Part shown: positions 10,009 to 23,222 of the stretch, piece after piece
Layout of the letters: each line of letters opens with the position of its first letter
How positions within the stretch are numbered: the first letter of the stretch is position 1
Source: Guillardia theta CCMP2712
Lineage: Eukaryota > Protista > Cryptophyta
NCBI RefSeq assembly: GCF_000315625.1
Contig: NW_005434658.1
Span: forward strand, 525,139 to 589,138
DNA length: 64,000 bases
Reading direction: 5' to 3'
Notes under the pieces: generated by a model
Databases searched by the model: none
The model's input: only the letters and a program-made list of their open reading frames with translations
What the model was told of the DNA's origin: nothing
Position numbers and translations under genes: made by a program

Positions 10009-13000
10009 ATGAGCGGCAGGGCGGGCCGTTGGATCAGCAGGGACGGGACCGGGAATGACTCGGGGGACGACGAGGTGAAGGCGGGGAGCCCGGAGTCCAT
10101 GTGCGTGGAGACGCTTCTCTGCAGCAAGAGCATGGAGAAGAGCATGTCAGAGAGGGAGGTAGGGGACTTCAAGCAGCTGAGAGGGCTCCTCATCGAGTTT
10201 CTCATCAAGAAGATCGATTCCAGCAATGCCATCATCATGTGGGACCTTGCCGACAGGTCCGGAAGGTACTCTCAACTTCCCCTCGTGCAACCGTGTGATG
10301 TTCTCGGCAGCAAAGCGCTGGCAGATGCCTCATTCCTGTACATCCAGCGGAACTTCCCTGTCAGATCTGCCTGACTTCCTTCCCCTGTCTGATCGACCTG
10401 TCCAGGTTATCCTCTCCAGCTCCGACGGGCTCTGGGATCTGCCGTTCAAGTGAGCTCTGCCCTCGGCATGACGACCAGCAGGGAGCCAAGTGTGACCTCC
10501 TGCTGCCCCTGCAGGTACTTCCTCCGGCTCCTCAAGAGCGCAAACCTCGCCGTCAGCTCCGAGAATGACGCGATCGAGAGCATATTCCATTGGACTTCCA
10601 TAGACGATCTGAGGAGATCAGAGCCCGAGGTCTCCTCCTCCCTACCCTTGTCATCTCCCTTCCCTTCTCTTGTCTCCCTTCCCTTCTCCTCTCCTCCCCT
10701 TCCCTCCCTTCGCCCCCCTCCGCCTCCCCTCCCGTTCCAGTCTCCTTCCCACCACACCTTTCTTCCTGCATTTCTTCTCTCTCGCATGAGATCCCTCACC
10801 ATCCGCAGGTCATCACCTACCGCTCGCTCTCTTCGCAGCTCGAGCGATTGCGGCAGGAAGTTCTCCCGTCTCTCAAGGACCACGAGAGGAGCGAGTACCT
10901 GTCCTTACAGGATCAGATACGAGACTGCGAGGAGAAGGAGCAGCTGCTGGATCAGTCCCTGGAAGCTCTCGATCGCCTTCAGAAGTCTTTGAGCAGCTTG
11001 CAGCAGAAGCTGGTGGAGGCTGCTGAAGAGCTGGCGGCAGCGAGACGCCAACTGCCGAAGCCCAAGATGATGAAGGTGAGAGAAGAGCAGGGAATAAGAG
11101 TAGACAGGATGCAAGGGAATGCGAGCAAGAGGAGGTGGCGGGAGGAGGGAGCTCGGTAGGCGGGAGCAAGCAGGGAGAAGGGGAGAGGGAACTTGTCGAA
11201 TGCTATCAAGCTGAGGGCGTGTGCAGTTGCGCTATTTCAACATGGAGCCCCCAAACCTCATCAGGCGCATAATGTGTGCCGTTGCCGTCCTTCTCAACAT
11301 CGAAGGGGAGATGGAGAGGTACTCCTTCCTCCCACCCCCAGGACGACAGGCTCCTCGGACTGTGAGTTGGAATATCTGAGCTTGACTTGATCCTTCCTTG
11401 CTGTCCCTCACAGCCTCCCCCCCTCCCCCCCCCCCCCACTTCCCAGTTCCTCTCTCCGTGATTTCTTCTTTCTCCCCCCCTTCTCTCTCCTTCCTTTCTG
11501 CTTGGCGGCCCCTCTTTCCCCAGTCAGCGAGTGACGCTCCTGCCTGGCATGCGCGCGCAGCTCCTTGTTCCACTTGGCTCAGCCTCTTGCTCGTATTCCT
11601 CCTTGACTTTCTCGCTCATCCCTCCCTGCCAGGTCCAGCGAGAGCTCAGCATGGAACAAGCCCTTGCCCTCTACAACGACCCGGACCTGCCGAAGCTCTT
11701 GAAGGACCTGGACCCCTCCCTCCTCTCCCGCGAGCAGTTCGACCTCTTTGCTCACGTGGCCTCAAACCGAAACTTCTCGGTCCACATGATCGAGCGGCGG
11801 CTGGGAGAGTCGAAGAAGGAGATCCCGACGCTCCTGACCACCTGGCTCTTGTCTGTGCGCACAGTTGTGCAGCTGAGGATCGAGGTGACTGTCAGCGTTG
11901 ACCTCCTCGTCTCACCCTCTGCTCTGCAGGAAGAGAAGACGGAGAAACTCATCGTGAAGCAGGAGGAGCAGGTGAAGGAGCGGGAGCAGAGCTTGTGCGA
12001 CTCCCAGGATCGCAAGGTGTGGGAGGAGGGAGCGGGGCTGTGGCAGCTAGCTGACAAGTTGGCAGCGGAGGACGGCAAGCCGGTACGGGAAGGTGGAGGA
12101 GGAGCTGCTGAAGGTGACGGCGATGGAGGCGCAGCTGGGTAGGAGGGCTGAGAGCCGTTGGTAGCCATGACCTCGTCCGCAGACATCGACCACAAGCTCT
12201 CCTACATGCGGCTGGTGCAGAGCAACAACGTGACCCTCAGGAGATTCTCGACCCTCCTGCGGGCAGTGCGATGGGTGACGGTCCCGCAAGGTCCCTTGCC
12301 CTGTTTTCCCTCCTCTCCTCCCCCCACTATTCTCACTCCACTACTTGTCCTTCCTCCTCGGCCCCCTGCTCCTCCTTCCTCTCTCACCATTCTTTGTCCT
12401 CCTCCCCGTCCTTCCCTGATTCCTCTCTCTCTGCCCTTTCACGATTTCTCCTCCTCCTGCCTCCTTTACTTGCTCATCTTTCATCTCCCCGACTGCTTCC
12501 TTCATCTTCTCCACCTCTCTTCCCCCGGCCTTCCTTGCTCACCTGCCTCCAGATTTCGTCGAGTTCTTCGTGCTCAAACATCCGCTCGTCAAGCGCTTTG
12601 AGGGGAGGAGCGAAATCGTTGCGATCCTGCAACACGCAAGAGAGGACGCGCGAGCTCTCCTCCTTTCATCCTCTGGTCATCACAAACAGGCGCATGCCGG
12701 CAGGCTCGTCCGCGCTTCTCTCGCCTCCCACCTCGACGCGGAGATCGCAGCAGTGCTGGCGAGGCAGACGAGGATGAGGAAGGGGCTGGAGAGCAGGAGG
12801 AAGCAGCACCGGCTGACTTGGCGATCGTCGTCTTTCATCCGCGAGCTGAACTGCCAGGGAGAGGACGGAGGCTTCTTGGGGTGCACGGAGAAGGGAAGCA
12901 GTGCAGTGCTGTGCAGGCACGGAGCAAGAGAAGCAGCCATCTACCTCTTCGGAGGCCTCGACCTGCAGGGCAGGGCCCATGCTTTCGTCCGCCGCTTCGT

Positions 13001-14898
13001 CCCGACTAGCTGGGGCGGACACTGGGAGCTGTGCAACCCGATGCAGCATGCCCGTGCCTTCTCGACCGCAGCAGTGCTCCAGAGTGAGGAGCTGGAAGGA
13101 GGAAGCGGAGGAGCAGGAGCAGGTTTTGTGCAGAGGTTCCTTGTGTGTTGCGGGATCTCAGAAGAGAGCGAGTGCCTGAGCTCAGCTGAAGTCCTGCAGG
13201 TCAAGCTGGAGGACCAGGGGAACGTCACGCTTGAGCAGGAGCTGCTGCGCAAGGGACACTGGAGCTTCATCGGGAGCGTGCAGCAAGCTCGATACCTCGC
13301 CTCCTCCTTCCTCCTCAGCAAGTCCGTCTACATCATCGGGGGATTCAAGAGCAACAGGGACCCTGTCATGACGATCGAGCGGCTGCGCCCCTCCTTCGCG
13401 AGCTTCTGGCTCCGGTCGATCACTGACTTCACCCGCCATGCTGCTCCCTGGAAGACCATCAGCAAGGAGGAGCAGGAGGAGGAGCAGGAGGAAGAGGAAA
13501 ATGTGATACCTGCTCATCAACGTGCTCATCAACGAAGTGAGCAGGACAGCCCGACAACGAGCAGCTTTACTCGAGCATCGCCCTCTTCTTCCCGCCTTGT
13601 GCTGTTCTCCTCCTACGAGAGGAAAGCAGATGCGCTCGTCCTCAGCCCAAAGACCTTCCGCACGGGAGCTCAGACCGCAAGGGAGCCGATCATGTCAGGG
13701 GGATGGGGAGGGGACGGGGGCAGCCAGCAGTGGTGGAGGAACAGGGACAGGTGCTGGAGCGGGAGGTTTAGAGCTTCCCCTCCTCAGCGGATAAAACCTT
13801 TCCTCCAGCCCGAGGCGCTGCAGCGACAAGCCCTTCACCTGAAGACGGCACACGTCAAGACTTGGGACTCCTTCCAACCTCATGCCGTCTCCTCCTCCTC
13901 CTCCTCCTCCATGTTCCCATCCTTGTCGCTCAACTCTCCGCCCTCCTCTCCCCTGCGGCGCGTCGACCAAGAACCCCCGAAGCCTGTCGTTGACCACTGG
14001 ACAGCATGGAAGCGGAAGGAGCTCGCGCGCCGAGAGCTTGTGAAGACGTGAGCGACGCCCTGCCTTGTTGCACGCGATGACGAGATGCCAGGAGGAAGAA
14101 GGAGGAGAGACGCAGAGCTCTCCAAGAGGACTCACAGGAGAACGATGAGCGGGAGGAGGAGAATCCGAGAGACTCGAAGGTGTCTTGCCTGTTGTTACAT
14201 GTTTCTGTTCTACTCATGTCTGCCGTCAGCAGAAGGAGAGGGACTCTTTCGTGAAGAGCAACAAGCAGGGAGCAGGAGCAGGAGAAGAAGGACCAAAGGC
14301 TCTTTCGATCGCCTCCCCAAACGTTTTCGACGACAAATTCCACTACAGGGTCCTTGCTGCCAAACGTCTGCAGTGCTTGTGAGCAGCTTCTTCCTCCCTT
14401 CTTCACCTCATCGCCGTCGGCCCTGCAGGTACAGGGGACACCTTGCTCGTTCCCTTCGCTCCAAGGCGGAGCAGGAGCTCTCGTCGATCTACCGCTCTGT
14501 CAACCAAGAACAGGAAGGGAGCGTACCTGCAAGGTGAAGCATCTTCCCTCCCCCCCCCCGCCTCCTCCTCCGCCTCCTCCTCCTCCTCTGATCCTGTACT
14601 AGTTCCTTCTACAAACGGCTGTCCCGCACCGTGCAAGATCAGGAACTCCTCGCGCTGCTCAAGGAGTCTTTCAGTGAGCCGATTCTCTTCCTCCCTCACC
14701 GTCTGTAACGAGACGAGCAGGAGCATACGGACCCGCAGGCGCTCTCGCGATTGGGGTGAAGGAGAAGGTGAGAAAGCTAAGGCAGAACTTGCTGCTGTTC
14801 TGATTGAACCATCGCAGGATTTCCTGAGAATGGCTCTGTCAGATACGATCAGGTTGAGGAGCTCTACAGCCTCCTCAGAGCACCTACGAGTCAAGTGA
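10009..14898 (+). CDS. Large multi-exon protein: coiled coil, Kelch-like repeats and an IQ motif
   Basis: Kelch-type IYLFGGLD and VYIIGGF in ORF 12570-14051. Splicing at 14048, ~14180 and ~14379 continues in frame to LAAKRLQCLYRGHLAR (IQ consensus IQxxxRGxxxR). CT-rich introns. End approximate. Confidence 0.6.
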
Positions 14899-15023
14899 CA
14901 GCACGGAAGCAGCTGCGTGTCGACAGCGAGGCCGAGCACAGCACAACGGGGGCAACCAAGAGGGGTTTATTCAGGCAATATACAAATGAAACAAGAGAAA
15001 GAGATGTTCGGAGTTCAAACCAT

Positions 15024-15660
15024 CTACAACAGAACGTGACAGTCTGGGAAGATGAGATTGTCGTCATTACAAGAGATGTACCAATCTAACCACTCTGAGT
15101 CAATCGCGGTGGTGCACGTGGGATTGGTAACGAGCTGACTAGGCACTGAACATGGCCCGACTTCCACTTCTTCCTCTTCCTCTTTCCCTTCCTCTTCCAA
15201 CATGCTCGAGGCCTCTTCACGTTCCTCCAACTCCTCTTGCGGGCTACAGTAGGAAGAGGACGGACAAGAATCCATCGTGAAGGAGTCGCCCATCTCCGAG
15301 GTAGATCGCATCAGTGACTGCGCCTCTGCCCGCTGGGGTCCTTCCCCCGAACTGTCCTGAGGTTTCGAAGACGATGGTTGAGCGTTGGACGCGGAAGACG
15401 TGAAGACTCTCTCGTACGGCCATCGGTTGATTCCGAGCCTCCGGCAAGCTACTTTGAGGCTTGTTAATGATACACACTGTAGAGGGGTCAGAGTCCCTCA
15501 GGCGATCAACACAAAGAATGCTTACCAGGGTCTTAGCTGCTTCCTCTTGGCGAAGGTGAAACAAAGACTTGATCTTTGAGAGATCAAGCTCAACATTCTT
15601 TATTCGCATCTTCTTGCCAGTTCCAATCCTTGCTTTCACTGTGACAACTTGTTCGGCCAT
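15024..15660 (-). CDS. RWP-RK domain transcription factor (exons 15660-15526, 15476-15024; 195 aa)
   Basis: Spliced sequence KSLFHLRQEEAAKTL|CVSLTSLKVACRRLGINRWPY is the RWP-RK signature. Acidic C-terminus. Confidence 0.9.
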
Positions 15661-16789
15661 TATTCGCAAATCTTTCCGAGTATCTTGAATGCTAGGTGAT
15701 TGTATTTCGCCAGATATGAAAAAGACTCAAGTTGCAGATTGAAGGAAGAAGGAGCAGGGTCAGGATATCAACTATAATAGGAAGGAGATGGTTGGCGATG
15801 GGGTAGCACAGAAACAGCAGAGGAACGAGCGCGCTGGACAAAAGGCTCCAGGTGCGGATAAAAATACGGAGGGCATGTCTGATGGTCACAAGGATTTCGA
15901 TGTCATCAACTCCAAAAGACTTTTTTTCAATCGAATGTTACCGATATAAAATAGTTTTTGATGGACCTCTCGGGGAATGGTCTCTAAATATCTCTTTTTC
16001 AGTCTTGAAATGCCCAACAAGTCCGTGCTATCCATGTGACTGGCGAAAATACAATCTTGCTGCCCCTTAGGGTGGGGGGTGGTACCAATGAGGTGTTTCA
16101 GTACCAGGAACAAGGGGGTATGGACCGGTCCTTCAAAGATCTCTTAGGCCTGACTCTGAAGAAGTTGTCATCACCGACGTGCGATTGTACCTACCCCCTA
16201 AAACATAGAAATATCTTGTTCAATACTACCAGTTAAACGATCACCCCCACCACCTGTAGTACCCGGCAAATCATGATGACAGAATCTGAAGCAGTCGGAT
16301 GATTTGGGCTTAGTCATCCAATAAAATTGAAAAGTAAAACACGTGTTTTCGTATCTGTCGATGGCCTCCGCGCCACTATCGGATGCGACATCCTTAATTT
16401 TTCAATTCAAGACTATTTGATTCATCACAAAATTTGAAAATTATAAATTTTATTTCAATACATATTTGAATACAATTTTTGTGAAAAGGTCATTTGGAGA
16501 GTTATTACTACAATCTTTACCACAGAAACGATGACCAACTTCCACAAGGAACTGAGGCGAACGAGCTCTAGTAATATCTTCTGCCCTCAATGTATCGGTA
16601 ATGTTGCTCTGAGGTGAACTAGCTTTCATAAGAGGGACCTCTTAGTTCCGATTCCAACAAGTGTTACTCAACTTCAAATTGTTGTCGACAGGATCGGACA
16701 ATTCAAGGGCTTCCGTTGGCAGCTGATGTCAGCAGCTAGTCAGCCAGATTGCCTTGCCGCGGAACTTGGAAACCCTCATCATCCGGCCC

Positions 16790-17480
16790 CTTCTCACGAG
16801 TCAATTCCGGCCGCTCGGTCTCGGAAGCGACTCGGTACAGGTTACTCAAAATTTATTACAGTACAGTCCAGGCATCCGCCCAAAGCCTCGGCGAGGCCCT
16901 CGGACTCGGGAGTTGCCGCCGGGCTGAGAAGGCTGAGGGCCCGGCGCCCGATCGGACATGATGCCTCGGAGCGGCCGCGGCACCCGTTACCGGCGTACGG
17001 TGACCGCACGGAGCCGGCCCGGGCCGGGCCGGGCCATCCGGAATATCCTTGAAAAAAAAGAAACTTTCCAACTGTTGGCAGGCTACTATGACACACCCAA
17101 TCATGGGCCACATAGCCTCGGAAAGCAGAATCACCCCCTCACGGGAAAACATACAGCCCAAAGCAGAAAAAGCAAAATGTCAACGCTATGGCTCGGCTTG
17201 ACTTGAAGTCATGGTTCACTAGTGATAGTAGACTATCAGGGTTCCCCGGGCCGGGACCGTCTGGCCCGGAGTGGCGTGCAACGAGTCGCCGTGACTCACG
17301 CTGGCCAAGTCACCATCAGTTGCCGCGCTCAGACCGATCAACTTGAACTGAGCCAGCAGTGTGAAGTTTAAGGCTAGTCAAGAGCCTCGGAGTCGGGCCC
17401 GGGTCTCAGCCAGACTGAGAGTCACTGGCTGCCAAGACTCGGCCGGGAGGCTTGACCCGCCCTGAGTTCGATCGGGACTG
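16790..17480. other. CCGG/GAGTC word-mosaic GC islands (16790-17045 and 17240-17480)
   Basis: Same oligomer vocabulary as 55195-56105; ORFs here are low-complexity R/P/G/A. Confidence 0.55.
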
Positions 17481-17638
17481 ACGAGGATCAGAAAGAAGCT
17501 TGCAGCGTTGCGGTGGTAAGGTCAGTCAGTGCACTGAGGGCAACTTCAATCAGTCATGCTGAGTGCAACTTGTAACTTTGGCGAGAGATGCGACAAAATC
17601 TTGGCAAGTTGGCTGATATCTGTTTTCAGCAATCGATC

Positions 17639-20600
17639 TCAGGCCAGCCAACTGGCAGAGATGGCGAAGCTGAGAAGGAAGTCAGGAAGTAGAAACGGGG
17701 ACGATTGACTGACATCGGCTCCAGAGCATCCTGCTGTTGCAACCGAGAGCAGCTCGGCCAGAGATAATTTATCCCGAGGCCCGGAGCCGTCCGGGTCGAA
17801 GCTCACGGGCAAGTGCCTCAGCATGCCTGTCAAGATCGTCCTGACCACCTCAGTCACTCTCAGTCCTTGCGGTTTAGCAGTACCTTCGAGCCTCGAGGTC
17901 CGGCAGCTTGACTTGAATCACCTGGGCTTACGTCACCAACAGCTGCTGTACGACGAACTGCTGAATCACGTGATCGAAGCGACCGGGACGGAGAAGGTCC
18001 GGGTCTAGCATGTGGACTGCGTTGGTTGCCCCCATCACGTACACCTTGAGGGATGTCAAGGGAACTAGCAAGAAGGAACAAGAGGAAGGTGAGGTAAGAC
18101 GGGAATGTGAGCGGATGCGGACAATAGAGGAGGGGAGGACCTCGGGCTTGGCTTGCAGCGCATCCATCTCGAGCTTCAGTTGGCTTGCCTTCCATGGCGT
18201 TCAAACGTCTTGTGTGAGAAGGGTGTGCGTTACCAGCTGCCTCGACCCCGTCCCGTCGTTCTCTTCGTTGTCAGGCCGAGCAAACGCCGCCTTTATCCCT
18301 GACATCAGCACCACTCAGCACCTCTGAATGGACCTGCAGCTCGTCGAGGAACAGCATGCACGGAGCTGCCTCGCACGCTCTCTGCTCTCTCTCAGACTGG
18401 GTATGCTTGACAGAGCACAAGGGGACCTGAAACATCTCGACGAGTTGTCTCTCGCTCTCCCCGATGCCGCTCTTGACAAGCTGGGCGACATCTGCTGCTA
18501 TAAAGGCAAGGCCGGCCTGATGGACCAAACACAAGTCGTCATTCACAACCATTGATCGACACTCCATCCCCACTGCGCTGACATGGACTTGGCAAGCAGC
18601 GTCTTCCCCGTGCCAGGGGGGCCGTAGAGGAGGAGAGCTCGAGCAGGTTTGATCATCCCCTTTGAAAACAAGTCCGGGCGAAGCTGGAAGGCAGTAAAAC
18701 AGAGGAGGTGTCATAGTCAGACAGAGAGTGCCTTGGGCAGCAGGAGCATCTCGTGAAGGGCTTCCTTGGCGTTATCGAGGCCTCCAACCTTGACAGGAAA
18801 AATCAGACAAGAGAAACTTGAAGGAGCGACTGTCTGATTCTCACATCTTCTAACTTGACGTTGTGGAGCGGGACTTCTTCAACTCGGCTGGAGGGTTAGA
18901 GAGGTCAACTTGCAGCGTCGTGACGGAATTAAACCTCACCCAGCACTTCGTGGTCGAATTTCTCGTATCGCTTTCATGAAGTCCTCGATACTCATAGCCG
19001 AATCATCCCGGACTTGTCCTCCCGTCAAGTAGCTGACAGCAAGTCACCAAAGATAGGATTGGTGCAGAAGGGAAAGAAGACTGACAGGCAGTCACGAAAT
19101 CTCTTCTCGAGGTATGCAGCTTGAAATACCAAATTCACCTGTCGGTCATGCGTGTCAAAGCAGTGCAAGGCAAGGTAGTAGATGGCAAGTTGAGAAAGAA
19201 ACAGTCGGAGACCTCAGCTGCACTGAATCCCATCATCTCGCTATTGATCAACTCCAGATCGATGCTATCATGGAGTGCATGTCTTTGAGCAAGAAATCTC
19301 GAAAGCCGTCTCAGCATCTGAATAATACTAGCCAACCAAAACTACCTCGTCAGCGTCAACCTCTCCTTGATACCAAGTTGCGGGAAATGCACGTGGTCAG
19401 GGATCTGAGGGTCAGTTAAAGCGTCATCGCCTCTGATTCGTCTCTAGACCTTTGTCAGGATGTTGGAGTCAATCATCTTGGTCGACTGCGACTCGAGGAC
19501 GAGGAGGCAGCCTCTGGTGGCGGATCCTTGGTGAGATGAAGTTCCTGCTGCCCGACCCCAACGACCGAGAAACATGGCAGAGGTCAGTCATCTTGCTCAG
19601 TGATCTTGCTCAGGCTCAAGGCAGGCACCTTTTTCTTGCAGGTACTTGCGCAACGTGAGTAGAAACAAGTCGTCACGTCCACTGCTGGAGAAGTCCGTGC
19701 TCAACTTGTGGGGGCCTGTCAGGGAGATCAGAGCAGCTGCTGATCATGACTAGTGTCAGGGCAGCACCCAACAAGCAGTGAGCTTGCTCTACGTGAATCA
19801 CGGCAGGGAAAAGATTCTGAGACGACAAGTCATGCTGCTGAAAAACGTTTCGAAAACAAGTTCGGCATACATCCGCTTTCTTGAGGCAGCGCGCGAAAGC
19901 GTGATCGTAGTTGGGCGGAATGAACTGTCACGGAGAGAAACTCTCATTGGGATGACAACAAGGAGAAATTCTCACCTCATGTTCGGTCTGCTGATGAGAC
20001 AAGCACGTCCACTCCTCTTGGAATGAGATCACTTGACGAACATTCAGATCCGGTAATCAAACTGTCACTCCTACCGTTCACCGCCAGGCTCTGTGCGACA
20101 TGTCGGATCAGGCTTGTCTTGCCCACTCCCGGAGGGCCCTCTAGCAGGACACAATACGGGGCCTCAAGTCCCTGGGGCGCTATCAGATGTTTCTCATCAC
20201 CTTGCTCGCTTTTCACCATCCCGTCGCCAGGGTGCGTTTGATGCACACCGGCTTTCACCAAGGCCGTCATCCTGAGCAGCACTTGATTGTTGAAGGCTAC
20301 GAAGTCAGATGTTCTCTTGCTTTTCTCAGCAGAAGACGCCTGTGGTCTTCCTATCCTGACCATAGTGTCCCAAGTACACACCGTTGTCGCCTGCTCTGTA
20401 GCATGCTCCCCTTCTGTTGCGACATAACGACATTCGCAAGGGATCTCGGAACCTGCTCGCACGCCGTCACTCCCTCGAACTCAAAACTGCGCGTCCTACC
20501 ATTTGGTCTCCTGATTTGCACGGTCGACCCATCATGAATCTCCTTCCCTATGAGTTGGAACCTGTAAGACTGTTAGAACGGTGCTCGACTCCTAACTAGC

Positions 20601-20939
20601 CGATACTTGACGAACGCCTCGGATGGCAACAATTCCAGTGAAACTCCATCACCGGGGGAGACAAGCCACATGGTACAAATGCAGACGAGCAGGTATCTAG
20701 AGAACTTCAAGGTTGTTGTGCTGCTTTTGACACTTTCTTAAATCAATTGAATCGCATACAACCTCGATGATCCGATTTGGAACCAACAGGAGGCCATGCA
20801 TCAGGCGTCATCGCACCGCTTTCTGCGGCATTGTTCGCTGCTGTCCCTGCCAAGCACTGGGCGTTTCATCCTTTCAACTCACTCCATGCCGCGATGCGCC
20901 TCCTGCCATGTGATTGTGGTTGCTCATTTTGACCCTCAT
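17639..20939 (-). CDS. Double AAA+ ATPase, CDC48/AFG2(SPATA5)-like family
   Basis: Walker A GPPGVGKT (~20120) and GPPGTGKT (~18610), [18 protein letters not shown], Walker B MLFLDELQ, second region of homology [19 protein letters not shown]. Many short introns; start approximate. Confidence 0.85.
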
Positions 20940-21781
20940 CCCCACTCCTACTTTGTGGGAACCGCCCTCCGCTGCGCCCTCCGCCGCCTCAGCCTACCGT
21001 CGGACGGTCACTGCCGTGACTGCCGTGGACTGACTGAGCTCAGTCCGTTCCAAGTCCCTTCTGGAATTTATTGTACGGCGGCCCCGGGACTGACCAGTGA
21101 GCACAGTGAAGAACAAGGGCCAACTTGTAAGTAGAAATCTCCTAGGAAGTTTTATTCAAAAAAATGTTTCGGGCTGTAATCTTTACCTATCACCGTTAGT
21201 AACTCGAAGCCTTGAAGGGCATTCGAGCAAACGAAGCTCAAAATCCGAGATGATCCCGGCGGCCCGGCGGCTACTTCTTCGCCTCGCAGTTGAGAGTTAA
21301 GGACGATTCAAAATGTGGCGCCTGCAGCAAGCAGCACGATAGATCAAAAGACGAGCAAGAGCAAAGGGGCAAGACCTGAAGGTTGAGAGCCAAACACTTC
21401 CCCTCGGAGACAAGGTTGTAGTCCAAGTCGCTAATGCTCACGACCGGATTCTGCGCTCGGATTCAGGATGAGCATGAAAGAGGCAGGGACGGCATTACAA
21501 CGGGACAGTAGATCGATATCTCCTTGGGCCCATTGGCTGGGTCTGCGAGAGAAAATCACTTGTTGCACGTATGTGTGGTGGAGGAGGAGGGAGAGGAGGA
21601 AGGGGAGGAGGAGGGGAAGGAAGAGGAGGAAGCAGAGGATGAGGAGGAGCATCAGGAGGAGCATCACCATCGTTGATGGCAGAGAATTTCCCCTCCTTCT
21701 CCTCCTTAGGCTCAAAGATCGAGAGCCACTTGTCGAAACCAAAACCACTCTCGACCTGGACATCCCATCAGGTCGCTCAAA

Positions 21782-22680
21782 CTATCGTGCACAACAGGAG
21801 CTGACAGGACGGGCAGCCCAGTCCAACGCTGGGCCATGTTGGGACTCGTTCTTGCTCTGGATCTAAGAGAAGGGCTGTCAGATAACAGAACTGATCAACT
21901 AGTGTTAACCTTGCACGCAACTTCTTGGAAGCCAAAAGTGTAGTTCTTGTTGTCAAAGTCGTCGCGCGATATCAGGGGGCTCTTGGTAGGGGCGTGCTTG
22001 AGCTCGACAGGCTTCGTCATGTACCAGAACTCATCTTCTGTTCTGAGGATCCAGTTGTCGTTGGAGTCGATCGAGCCGTACTCCTCTCCGTAGTTGGAGA
22101 CCTCCCGCTGCTTCGAGAGAGGAGAGATTGGCCCGTCATGGCTGTGCAGGTTCCTGCCGGTTCGCAAATTCAACAAGCGGATCACTTCGCCGTTCTTGAC
22201 AGGAACGTCCTTGACGAGCTCCCACCGCTGCCCTGAACGAGGCATCACGCGCCAGTGTGTGTACCCGTCCTCCTGGTCTACAGCGATGATCTGGTGCTGT
22301 CCGGAGGAAGAAGGATGGAAGTACTTGAAGTTAGTGGCGGATAGGAATCTCCTTGTCGCGAGGTGTTTGAGTTGGATGACACTCCCGTATGTCACCTGGG
22401 ATCCGCACAACTTCTGGTCCCTCTCCCTCTCCTCTGCTTCTCTCTTGGCTGCCATCTCCTCGCGGAATTTCCTCCTCTCCGCAGCATCCTGCTCCCTCGC
22501 AATCCGCTCTGCCTCTGTTGCGTTAACTGTTGAGTTTCCGTCGCTCGTGTTCGTTCCCTGTGTGGCATTGACATCTTTCTTTCCATCCCCCGCCTCCTCT
22601 GCTGATGACACATTGGAAGACAACAAGATCACCAGCAACATCAAAGCGCACACCATGTTCCAAGACCTACTCGAAGTCAT
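21782..22680 (-). CDS. SDF2-like MIR-domain ER protein with N-terminal coiled-coil insert
   Basis: Signal peptide MVCALMLLVILLSSNVSSA. MIR motifs VTYGSVIQLKH, SGQHQI, IRLLNLRTGRNLHSH, SPLSKQREVS, DSNDNW. One intron near the 3' end, then LDWAARPVSSCCAR*. Confidence 0.85.
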
Positions 22681-23104
22681 TCTCCTCAGAGAAGCAAGCG
22701 CCCTCACTAGATGGAGATGAGAGCTTGACGGACTCCTTCTGCCTTCTAGACTGTGTGTTATGACTGCTGATCGCGTCTGTGTTATGCTCCCAGCCTCGTG
22801 CTCCCTTCGATCCTCGCTTGCGTTCCCTGTTGCTGCATTCAGGGCGAAACGATCGGGCGGTTCGAACACAATTGCGCAGGGGGTATATACCAGGGTCAAA
22901 ATTTGTAAACATTTAGAAATTTTCACCCTTTTGTGTAGGCAAAATATGAAATTTTGAAAACAAACAAGTAACTTGTAGATCAGAAGTACCCTGTGAGGAA
23001 ACTCTATCTGTGTAGGACGCGTGGCCTGGTTGACATGAACAACCGGGATCACCTCAACGCATGATTGATAGAGACGATGAAGAAGCACAGACAAGGCTTG
23101 ATGG

Positions 23105-23167
23105 CGAGATATCTTCATCATGATGATCTTGTACGAGACATCTTCATCATGATGATCTTGTACGAGA
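23105..23167. repeat. 29-bp tandem duplication carrying the palindrome TCATCATGATGA
   Basis: cgaga(t/c)atcttcatcatgatgatcttgta at 23105 and 23134. Confidence 0.85.
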
Positions 23168-23222
23168 GATCACATGAGCTTCTTGAGGATAGCTCTTTTC
23201 TTTGTTTGAAGAGATCAAGACA

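Noticed and set aside
21431-21866. ORFs 21431-21763 (-) and 21468-21866 (+)
   Set aside because: Products of a GGA/CCT tract; the SDF2-like frame stops at 21782, so this is likely UTR or intron.
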